A stretch of DNA of 64,000 bases, taken from contig CANQID010000001.1 of assembly GCA_947623925.1 (NCBI GenBank), forward strand, positions 130,684 to 194,683. The letters run 5' to 3'. Every line of letters begins with the position of its first letter. Position 1 is the stretch's first letter. Below are positions 57,099-64,000 of this stretch, piece after piece. Below the pieces are notes generated by a model. That model was not told the DNA's origin and ran no database searches. It saw only the letters and a list, made by a program, of their open reading frames with translations. The translations under genes and the position numbers were made by a program. Origin of the DNA: an uncultured Bacilli bacterium (GTDB taxonomy: Bacteria > Bacillota_I > Bacilli_A > RF39 > UBA660).

Positions 57099-57337
57099 TT
57101 TTATATTTTTAACTAGATTTATCTATAATTACGACGTTGCAATAATAACTTAATATATTTTATTTATTATTTTTTGCAATTTTTTTGATATTCAGTACTG
57201 TTATTTTTATCATTTATAATTGAATCATAATATAACAAGTTAAGGCTTTATTATTAATTCTAAGCCATTAGTCATATAAAAAATAATTTTATTATAATAA
57301 TAACCATCAGTAGAAATATTAATCATAGAACACCAAC

Positions 57338-57565
57338 CTATTTTTCGTATTCTTTGGTAAAAGAACTAACTAAAAAATCTATAATATTATCATAAATTCC
57401 TTTGATATCATAAATTTTCTTAACTCTAAAACTTTCCCCTATTCTACTACTATTAGGATTAAAATCTAAACTATAAATTTCATGATGTCAATTAATTATA
57501 TCTATCTCATCATTTGAAATAGTACTAATATTTCTTCTATTTTCATTATCATCAACACCATAAAG
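57338..57565 (-). pseudogene. decayed ORF fragment behind a copy of the toxin-locus terminator
   Basis: hand translation LYGVDDNENRRNISTISNDEIDIIN*HHEIYSLDFNPNSSRIGESFRVKKIYDIKGIYDNIIDFLVSSFTKEYEK* has an in-frame TGA (57488-57490) and no ATG. Confidence 0.3.
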
Positions 57566-57698
57566 AAAACTCCATCTATGATGAAGTTTTTTCTATGTTT
57601 TTAACATGTATTTTTGAATTATTTATGTTTATTATTTATTACAGAAAAATAGGGTTCTATTCTAAAATAAACGGCTTACAAAATAATAATCATAATAA

Positions 57699-57727
57699 TT
57701 GACAATAAAAAATTTATTATCTATAAT
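57699..57727 (+). promoter_or_regulatory. consensus promoter upstream of the ABC exporter
   Basis: TTGACA - 17 nt - TATAAT, perfect match to both hexamers. Confidence 0.75.
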
Positions 57728-57896
57728 ATAATAAATTTAAAAAGTGAAGCAGAATAATAGTTTTATTAAACCTACAAAAATAATCTTATTTTGTTAATTA
57801 AATTAGAAATTAGAATATTATTATCTCACATTATATTATATTCTTTTTTCTAGACTGTTATTTTTAGCAATTTTTTACTTATTAGGAGAAATTATT

Positions 57897-59633
57897 ATGA
57901 AAAAGTCAAAGAAAAAAAATGAATTCATTCCTTTACTTACTTTTTTAAAAGAAGATAAGTTAAAGTTAATTATTGCTGTTATAGCCTATATTATTGTAGC
58001 AGTTTCGGAAACTCTTACTGGTTACTTAAATGGTGCTACAGTTGAGGCAATTACTAACTTAAATTTAAAATTAGCAATTAATTATTTACTTATTTATTTT
58101 TTTATAAATATTATTGCTAATGCCATTTTAAATAATTGTGCTTCTACAATGTTACTAAAAATTGAATCACGTATAACGAGGAAATTAAGCTATAACACAT
58201 ATACCAAAGCTCTTAATTTACCAGCAGTAGCTTATGAAGAAAAATCAAGTGGTGAAATAATCAATCGCATTGTGAGTGATGCCGATAGTTTATCGTTTAT
58301 AATAGGAAGATTACTAAATATGTTTACTTATTTATTAGGAACAATAGTTATATTTATATATATCATCTTCAATTCATGGTTAATTGCCATAGAAATAATC
58401 GTGTTTATTATTATTTTCACTTTTTTTGTTAAAAAATTTAATATTCAACTTAAAAATTCTCACAAAAATCGAAAAAAAGAACAAGATCGATTCATAACAA
58501 TTGTGAATGAATCAATTAGAGGTATAAGAGAATTAAATACATTAGGTATTAAAAAGCATTTAATTAAAGATGTTAAAAGTATTAATAAGGATATATATAA
58601 AGCGTCTTTACAAGAAATCGAAGTTCAAAAAAAATTCAATGTTATCTCTCATATTTTAAGAATTACTTTAGAAGTTGGATGTTTTTTAACCTGTGTAATT
58701 TTACTTTATCAAGGGAAAACTAATTTAACATTCTTTATTGCGATGACTTACTATATTTATCGATTCACATGGATTATCGATAGTATAAATGAAATTTCTG
58801 AAACATATCAAAAGGTTGTTGTCTCTTTAGAAAGAGTTAATGAATTATTGGAAAATAGATTATATTCTGATGTTACCTTTGGCGATAAAACTATAGATAA
58901 TATTGTTGGTAAAATTGAATTTAAAAATGTTACCTTTAATTATCCAAATGAAGATCCAACCTTAAATAATTTTAGTATAACTTTAGAGCCTGGAAAAAAG
59001 ATTGCAATTGTTGGGGCATCAGGTCAAGGAAAAACAACGTTATTTAATTTACTTACACGTATTTTTGATCCCAATGAAGGAGAAATTTTACTTGATGGTG
59101 TAAATATCAAAAACTTAACCGAAGAAGAATTAAGACGCCATATTTCGATTATTAGACAAGAACCTTTTATCTTTAATAGGTCGATAATGGATAATTTTCG
59201 CCTAATCGACGAAAAAATCAAATTATCTGATGTTCGCAAATATACTAAAATGGCATATTTAGACGATTACATTGAATCACTGCCTAAAAAATATGATACC
59301 ATTTTAGGTGAAGGTGGTGTTAATCTATCAGGAGGTCAAAAGCAAAGATTAGCAATTGCTAGAACTTTATCCAAAGATTCTAAAGTAATTTTATTAGATG
59401 AAGCAACATCTTCACTTGATAATAAGTCACAAAAATATATAAAAAAAACTATTGATAATTTAGTACATAATCACACAATTATCATTATTGCTCACCGTCT
59501 TTCGACAATTCAAGATGCTGATATTATATATGTTGTTGATAAAGGATGCATATTTGAATCAGGTACTCACGATGAACTTATGAAAAAATCTAAGGTATAT
59601 CAAAATCTTTATAAAAGTGAATCTCTAGATTAA
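57897..59633 (+). CDS. ABC exporter, fused permease/ATPase (type 1, MsbA/LmrA-like half transporter)
   Basis: 6-TM N-terminal domain, Walker A GASGQGKTT, signature LSGGQKQR, Walker B ILLDEATSSLD, H-loop AHRLST; AGGAG RBS. Confidence 0.92.
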   Translation: MKKSKKKNEFIPLLTFLKEDKLKLIIAVIAYIIVAVSETLTGYLNGATVEAITNLNLKLAINYLLIYFFINIIANAILNNCASTMLLKIESRITRKLSYNTYTKALNLPAVAYEEKSSGEIINRIVSDADSLSFIIGRLLNMFTYLLGTIVIFIYIIFNSWLIAIEIIVFIIIFTFFVKKFNIQLKNSHKNRKKEQDRFITIVNESIRGIRELNTLGIKKHLIKDVKSINKDIYKASLQEIEVQKKFNVISHILRITLEVGCFLTCVILLYQGKTNLTFFIAMTYYIYRFTWIIDSINEISETYQKVVVSLERVNELLENRLYSDVTFGDKTIDNIVGKIEFKNVTFNYPNEDPTLNNFSITLEPGKKIAIVGASGQGKTTLFNLLTRIFDPNEGEILLDGVNIKNLTEEELRRHISIIRQEPFIFNRSIMDNFRLIDEKIKLSDVRKYTKMAYLDDYIESLPKKYDTILGEGGVNLSGGQKQRLAIARTLSKDSKVILLDEATSSLDNKSQKYIKKTIDNLVHNHTIIIIAHRLSTIQDADIIYVVDKGCIFESGTHDELMKKSKVYQNLYKSESLD

Positions 59634-59663
59634 AAATCTACCATAAAATAGGTAGATTTTTTC
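59633..59663 (+). terminator. intrinsic terminator after the ABC exporter
   Basis: aaaatctacc-ataaaata-ggtagatttt + TT. Confidence 0.85.
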
Positions 59664-59784
59664 AATGTACTTATAAGTTTTTTAATGTCTACCAAATTAT
59701 ATTATATACCTTGAGATAAATTTTATAATTCTGGCTTAGTGTATAATAATCATATTTTTTATATCTCCTAAATCTTGTCGTACA

Positions 59785-59828
59785 AACAAAAAAAGACTAA
59801 GATATACAATATTAAGTAATCTTAGTCT
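59785..59828 (-). terminator. minus-strand intrinsic terminator, probable end of the toxin transcription unit
   Basis: perfect 10-bp hairpin agactaagat/atcttagtct followed on minus strand by TTTTTTTTG. Confidence 0.65.
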
Positions 59829-60053
59829 TAAATATTTTATATAAATTTCACTTTTTTGGGGTTTGATAATTGTAATTATCTAAGAAGTATTTTTTATAAA
59901 TTACTTTTTCCCAATAATTACTGGAATAAATACAGATATTGTATTTTATTCCTTATCCATTCCTTCTTTGATACTGGCTTGTACCACTATCCCATTTGGG
60001 ATGAATAAGATTAAACTTATAAAATATTATTTTTAAAATGACTTATTTGCAAT

Positions 60054-60190
60054 TTATTTTATTTCTTCTAACATTTTTTCTTTTAGTTTGTCTATATCCG
60101 TGAAAAATAAATTTGTACCTCTCTTTTTTAATCCTATCGTATTTTTAAATAAACTTTTAATTTCGTTTTGCAAATCTGTTGGAACTTTTA
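60054..60190 (-). other. open frame that may be the frameshifted C-terminal part of the toxin
   Basis: shifted frame reads WSTLKVPTDLQNEIKSLFKNTIGLKKRGTNLFFTDIDKLKEKMLEEIK* starting at the toxin stop codon; the join lies at CAC-TAA-AAG. Confidence 0.35.
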
Positions 60191-60520
60191 GTGTACTCCA
60201 TCAACAGTATGAACATGGTCTATATATTTTTCTAGTGTTAGAAAAGCATTTTGTAGTAATATAGCAGCATCTTCATCGGCAATTTTTCTAATAATTATAG
60301 TATTACAAAACCCATACTTCTCGACTTTTTTATCAATAATCTTTTGATATTTATCAACTTTAGAACTAATAGGAATAAACCATAAAATATTTTTATCTTT
60401 AATTGTAAAATAAGTAGGCCTCTTCTTTCCTTTTTCGTGATTTTGCATTAAATTTTCATCATTAACGACATCAAAATATTCATCTTTGATGTGATATAAA
60501 TAGCCTGTTCTTATTTCCAT
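60188..60520 (-). CDS. type III toxin-antitoxin toxin, ToxN/AbiQ-like endoribonuclease (possibly truncated)
   Basis: MEIRTGYLYHIKDEYFDVV...KKRPTYFTIKDKNILWFIPISSKVDKY fits the ToxN/AbiQ N-terminal pattern (FY.I...Y..YL ... RP ... [FY].[AI]P[LI][ST]S.K) as I recall it; GGAG RBS 9 nt before ATG 60520; preceded by terminator and tandem repeats. Confidence 0.65.
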   Translation of the reverse strand: MEIRTGYLYHIKDEYFDVVNDENLMQNHEKGKKRPTYFTIKDKNILWFIPISSKVDKYQKIIDKKVEKYGFCNTIIIRKIADEDAAILLQNAFLTLEKYIDHVHTVDGVH

Positions 60521-60548
60521 TGTCATCAACTCCATAAAAAGTATACCA

Positions 60549-60587
60549 TAAAGCAAAAGAAAACTCCATCTTACGATGAAGTTTTTC
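60549..60587 (-). terminator. terminator between the repeat array and the toxin gene
   Basis: minus strand AAAACTTCATC-GTAA-GATGGAGTTTT (11 bp, one G-U) followed by CTTTTGCTTT. Confidence 0.8.
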
Positions 60588-60697
60588 TACATTTTCAACC
60601 AGGATCATTTATTAGTCGCACCACCTGGAAGCGAAAAACATTGTCGCCTGGAATCATTTATTATTCGCACCATCCAGAAGCGAAAAACATTTTCACA
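60588..60697 (-). ncRNA. candidate type III antitoxin RNA: 2 full tandem repeats (48 and 49 nt) plus a ~10-nt partial copy
   Basis: 60599-60646 ccaggatcatttattagtcgcaccacctggaagcgaaaaacattgtcg and 60647-60695 cctggaatcatttattattcgcaccatccagaagcgaaaaacattttca; each copy holds a 5-bp inverted repeat; no ORF. Confidence 0.7.
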
Positions 60698-60716
60698 CTT
60701 TCTAAAGTGTAATATA

Positions 60717-60745
60717 CATATACTATATTTTTATGAAAATGTCAA
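60717..60745 (-). promoter_or_regulatory. candidate promoter of the repeat-toxin unit
   Basis: minus strand TTGACA - 17 nt - TATATG (imperfect -10); followed by the palindrome ACACTTT-AG-AAAGTGT at the predicted 5' end. Confidence 0.5.
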
Positions 60746-60782
60746 ATAGTATACATTAATATTATATTCATTTTTAATAATA

Positions 60783-63413
60783 TCATTTATCTTGTTTTTC
60801 TTTGATTGCAGCTTGTGCAGCAGCAAGTCTAGCAAGTGGTACTCTAAATGGAGAGCAAGATACATAGTTAAGTCCTACTCTATGGCAGAATTCAATACTT
60901 GAAGCTTCTCCACCATGCTCACCACATATACCTAATGATATATCAGGTCTAACAGTTTTAGCTTTTTGTGCTGCAATTTTAATTAATTCTCCAACACCAT
61001 TTTGATCTAATTTAGCAAATGGATCTGATTCAAAAATCTTTTTATCATAATAATCAGATAAAAATTTTGATGCATCATCTCTTGAGAATCCATATGTCAT
61101 TTGTGTTAAGTCATTTGTACCAAAACTGAAGAATTCAGCAACTTCTGCAATTTTATCAGCAGTAATTGCAGCTCTTGGAATTTCTATCATAGTACCAACT
61201 TTATATTTCATATTAACATTTGCTTCTTTTATGATACTATCAGCAGTTGTACAAACAATTTTTTTAACATATTCTAATTCTTTAACATCACCAACAAGTG
61301 GAATCATAATTTCAGGTGTTACATTCATACCTTCCTTATTTACATTAATTGCTGCTTCAATAACTGCTCTAGTTTGCATTTTAGCAATTTCAGGATAAGT
61401 TATAGCTAAACGGCAACCTCTATGTCCCATCATTGGATTAAATTCTTTTAAAGATGAAACTCTATCTTTTAAACTTTCAAAGCTCATATTTAATGATTCA
61501 GCAAGTTCTTTTATTTCTTCATCTGTATGAGGTAAGAATTCATGTAGTGGTGGATCAAGATATCTAATGACTACAGGATCTCCTTCCATAACTTTGAATA
61601 ATTGTTCAAAATCTTCTCTTTGATATGGAAGTATTTTTTCAAGTGCAGCTTCTCTTGATTCTACACTATCAGCACATATCATTTTTCTAAAGTTAAATAT
61701 TCTTTCACTTTCAAAGAACATATGCTCTGTTCTACAAAGTCCAATACCTTCAGCACCAAATTTACGAGCTTGTTTAGCATCTCTTGGTGTATCAGCATTA
61801 GTTCTTATTTTTAATTTTCTAGTATTATCAGCCCAAGACATAAATGTACTGAAATCTCCACTTATTTCTGGTTCTACAGTTTTTATTTCTTCACCATATA
61901 CATTACCTGTTGAGCCATCTACTGAAATATAATCTCCTTCTTTAAATACTTGACCATCTTTTGTTTTAATTGTTTTAGCATCTTCATCAATAACAAGTTC
62001 ACCACAACCACAAACACAGCATCTACCCATTCCACGAGCAACTACTGCAGCATGGCTTGTCATTCCTCCTCTTATTGTAAGTATTCCATTAGCATCATTC
62101 ATACCTTGAATATCTTCTGGAGATGTTTCAAGTCTTACAAGTATAGTTTCTTCTCCTCTTGCTTTTGCAGCAGACACATCTTCAGCACTGAAATATATTC
62201 TACCTGTTCCTGCTCCTGGAGATGCAGCAAGTCCTTTAGCAACTACTTTTGCTTTTTTTAAAGCTTCATTATCAAAATTTGGATGTAATAATTGATCTAA
62301 TTGTTTTGGTTCTACTTTAAGTAAAGCTTCTTCTTTAGTAATCATTCCTTCATTTACTAAATCTACTGCTATTTTAATTGCAGCTGGAGCTGTTCTTTTA
62401 CCATTTCTTGTTTGCAACATAAATAACTTACCTTTTTCAATAGTAAATTCCATATCTTGCATATCTTTATAGTGATTTTCAAGTGTTTTAGCAATATTTT
62501 TAAATTGCTCATAAACTTCAGGCATAACATCTTTTAAAGTTGATATTGGTTGAGGTGTTCTAATACCAGCAACAACATCTTCTCCTTGTGCATTAATTAA
62601 ATATTCACCATATAGTTTATTTTCTCCTGTTGATGGGTTACGAGTAAATGCAACTCCTGTACCACTATCATCACCCATATTACCATAAACCATCTCTTGA
62701 ACATTTACAGCAGTACCCCAACTATTTGGAATATCATTCATTCTTCTATAAATATTTGCTCTTTCATTATTCCAAGATCTAAATACTGCAGTTACTGCTT
62801 CAATTAATTGAGTTTTTGGTTCTTGTGGGAAATCTTCCCCTGCAATACTTTTATATACCTCTTTAAATTTCATTGCAACTTCATACATATCATCTGCATT
62901 TAAATCAGTGTCGTATTTAGCTCCTTTTTCTTCTTTAATTTGATCTAATAATCTTTCAAATGAAGATTTTGGATAACCTTTTACAACATCTGCAAACATT
63001 TGAATGAATCTTCTATATGAATCATATGCAAATCTTTTATTATTTGTTGCAGTTGCTAAACCTTCTGTTACTTTATCATTAAGTCCAAGGTTTAAAATTG
63101 TATCCATCATACCTGGCATTGATGCTCTTGCACCACTTCTAACTGAAACTAATAATGGATTTGAATAATCTCCAAATACTTTACCAGTTGTTTTTTCAAG
63201 ACTACTTAAGTGTTCGAAAATTTCTTTTTCAACTTCTTCACTTATTGTTTCATTATCATCATAGTATTTATTACATGCTTCTGTTGATACTGTAAATCCT
63301 TTTGGAACTGGAAGACCTATACCAACCATTTCAGCAAGGTTTGCTCCCTTTCCACCAAGGATATTTCTCATATCTTTATTTCCTTCTTTAAAATCATATA
63401 CAAATTTAGTCAT
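60783..63413 (-). CDS. ppdK: pyruvate, phosphate dikinase
   Basis: 876 aa, ATP-grasp N-terminus (GGKGANLAEM), phosphohistidine motif GGMTSHAAVVARG, PEP-utilising C-terminal domain GICGEHGG. Confidence 0.97.
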   Translation of the reverse strand: MTKFVYDFKEGNKDMRNILGGKGANLAEMVGIGLPVPKGFTVSTEACNKYYDDNETISEEVEKEIFEHLSSLEKTTGKVFGDYSNPLLVSVRSGARASMPGMMDTILNLGLNDKVTEGLATATNNKRFAYDSYRRFIQMFADVVKGYPKSSFERLLDQIKEEKGAKYDTDLNADDMYEVAMKFKEVYKSIAGEDFPQEPKTQLIEAVTAVFRSWNNERANIYRRMNDIPNSWGTAVNVQEMVYGNMGDDSGTGVAFTRNPSTGENKLYGEYLINAQGEDVVAGIRTPQPISTLKDVMPEVYEQFKNIAKTLENHYKDMQDMEFTIEKGKLFMLQTRNGKRTAPAAIKIAVDLVNEGMITKEEALLKVEPKQLDQLLHPNFDNEALKKAKVVAKGLAASPGAGTGRIYFSAEDVSAAKARGEETILVRLETSPEDIQGMNDANGILTIRGGMTSHAAVVARGMGRCCVCGCGELVIDEDAKTIKTKDGQVFKEGDYISVDGSTGNVYGEEIKTVEPEISGDFSTFMSWADNTRKLKIRTNADTPRDAKQARKFGAEGIGLCRTEHMFFESERIFNFRKMICADSVESREAALEKILPYQREDFEQLFKVMEGDPVVIRYLDPPLHEFLPHTDEEIKELAESLNMSFESLKDRVSSLKEFNPMMGHRGCRLAITYPEIAKMQTRAVIEAAINVNKEGMNVTPEIMIPLVGDVKELEYVKKIVCTTADSIIKEANVNMKYKVGTMIEIPRAAITADKIAEVAEFFSFGTNDLTQMTYGFSRDDASKFLSDYYDKKIFESDPFAKLDQNGVGELIKIAAQKAKTVRPDISLGICGEHGGEASSIEFCHRVGLNYVSCSPFRVPLARLAAAQAAIKEKQDK

Positions 63414-63476
63414 GTGACACTCTCCTCCTACCTCTCAATTATAACAAAAACATTTAATTAAAACAATATTTCTTTA

Positions 63477-64000
63477 TCATTTTTTTGCTCTTGGATGTGA
63501 ATTTAGATATACTTGTCTTAACTTTTCATTTGAAATATGTGTATATATTGATGTTGTTGATAAACTATCATGTCCTAACAATTCCTTTACACTCATCAAA
63601 TCAGCTCCTGCATCTAGTAAGTGTGTTGCGAATGTATGTCTTAGTGTATGGGGTGAAATATTATATTTTATTGAACTTTCTTTTAATGTTTTTTCTACAA
63701 TCATTTGTATTCCTCTTACACTTAATTTATTACCATTTTTATTTAATAATAAATATTCATTGTTATTTATAGATAATTTACTCCTTGAATTATTTATATA
63801 ATTATTTAATAAATCTTTACATTGCTTTCCAAATAAAACGATTCTTTCTTTAGATCCTTTTCCAAGTATTTTAATTTCTCTTTCATTAAAATTTATATCG
63901 TTTATTTTTATATTTGAAAGTTCACTTACTCTTATACCAGTTGAATATAAAAGTTCTAAAATAAGTGCATTTCTAAGACCTAATACTTCTTCTTTATTTG
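63477..64000 (-). CDS. tyrosine recombinase XerC/XerD family (N-terminus beyond the window edge)
   Basis: frame stays open to the window end: ...ELLYSTGIRVSEL...ILGKGSKERIV...HTLRHTFATHLL..GADL..V.ELLGH..L.TT.IYTH; the track ORF shows only the part after an internal Met. Confidence 0.85.
   Translation of the reverse strand, partial: NKEEVLGLRNALILELLYSTGIRVSELSNIKINDINFNEREIKILGKGSKERIVLFGKQCKDLLNNYINNSRSKLSINNNEYLLLNKNGNKLSVRGIQMIVEKTLKESSIKYNISPHTLRHTFATHLLDAGADLMSVKELLGHDSLSTTSIYTHISNEKLRQVYLNSHPRAKK

Noticed and set aside
60588-60697. Considered a minimal CRISPR array for the 48-nt direct repeats
   Set aside because: The copies are contiguous with no spacers, there are only ~2.2 units, and no cas genes or leader are present. 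The immediately following terminator and ToxN-like ORF fit a type III antitoxin array instead.
63477-64000. Considered the tyrosine recombinase as the integrase of a mobile element covering the 57-60.8 kb accessory patch
   Set aside because: The visible C-terminal two-thirds looks like housekeeping XerC/XerD (ELLYSTGIRVSEL, HTLRHTFATHLL, LGH..L.TT.IYTH). ppdK separates it from the accessory genes, no att-like repeats were found, and the N-terminus and upstream context lie outside the window.

Overview
Very AT-rich chromosomal segment of a low-GC Firmicute. spoIVB, ylbJ, a YjcZ-like miniprotein and an OLE-type RNA point to a spore-forming Clostridia/Erysipelotrichia-like anaerobe. Nearly all genes lie on the minus strand. 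Most are housekeeping: xseAB-nusB, mutS, mtaD, tcdA, ltaS-family, cysE, gltX, comEA/comEC, ftsW/rodA-family, def, queH, hisS-aspS, folD-glyA, glmS, cysS, ppdK and a partial xerC/D-type recombinase, plus 5 tRNAs.

Structured RNAs seen by eye:
- a glmS ribozyme
- a T-box leader on hisS-aspS
- a ~610-nt ORF-free GC-richer block upstream of a 4-TM protein in the nusB/xseAB operon, called OLE RNA + OapA
- a ~170-nt RNA with a long 5'/3' closing stem upstream of tcdA, called 6S RNA

Most interesting accessory content:
- 60.05-60.75 kb: a type III toxin-antitoxin-like locus that ORF callers would miss. It has a promoter, 2.2 tandem 48/49-nt repeats, an 11-bp terminator hairpin and a ToxN/AbiQ-like ORF that may be frameshifted. 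A second copy of its terminator/junction sits at 57.56 kb in front of a decayed ORF.
- 51.7-54.0 kb: a 770-aa membrane-anchored protein with eleven 36-aa two-cysteine repeats and a WxxWxxWxxW motif.
- 49.96-51.65 kb: an unrecognisable three-gene operon behind a perfect consensus promoter, next to a tRNA pair.

All calls come from reading motifs and structure by eye. No database search or RNA folding was run, so family names are recognitions that still need confirming.
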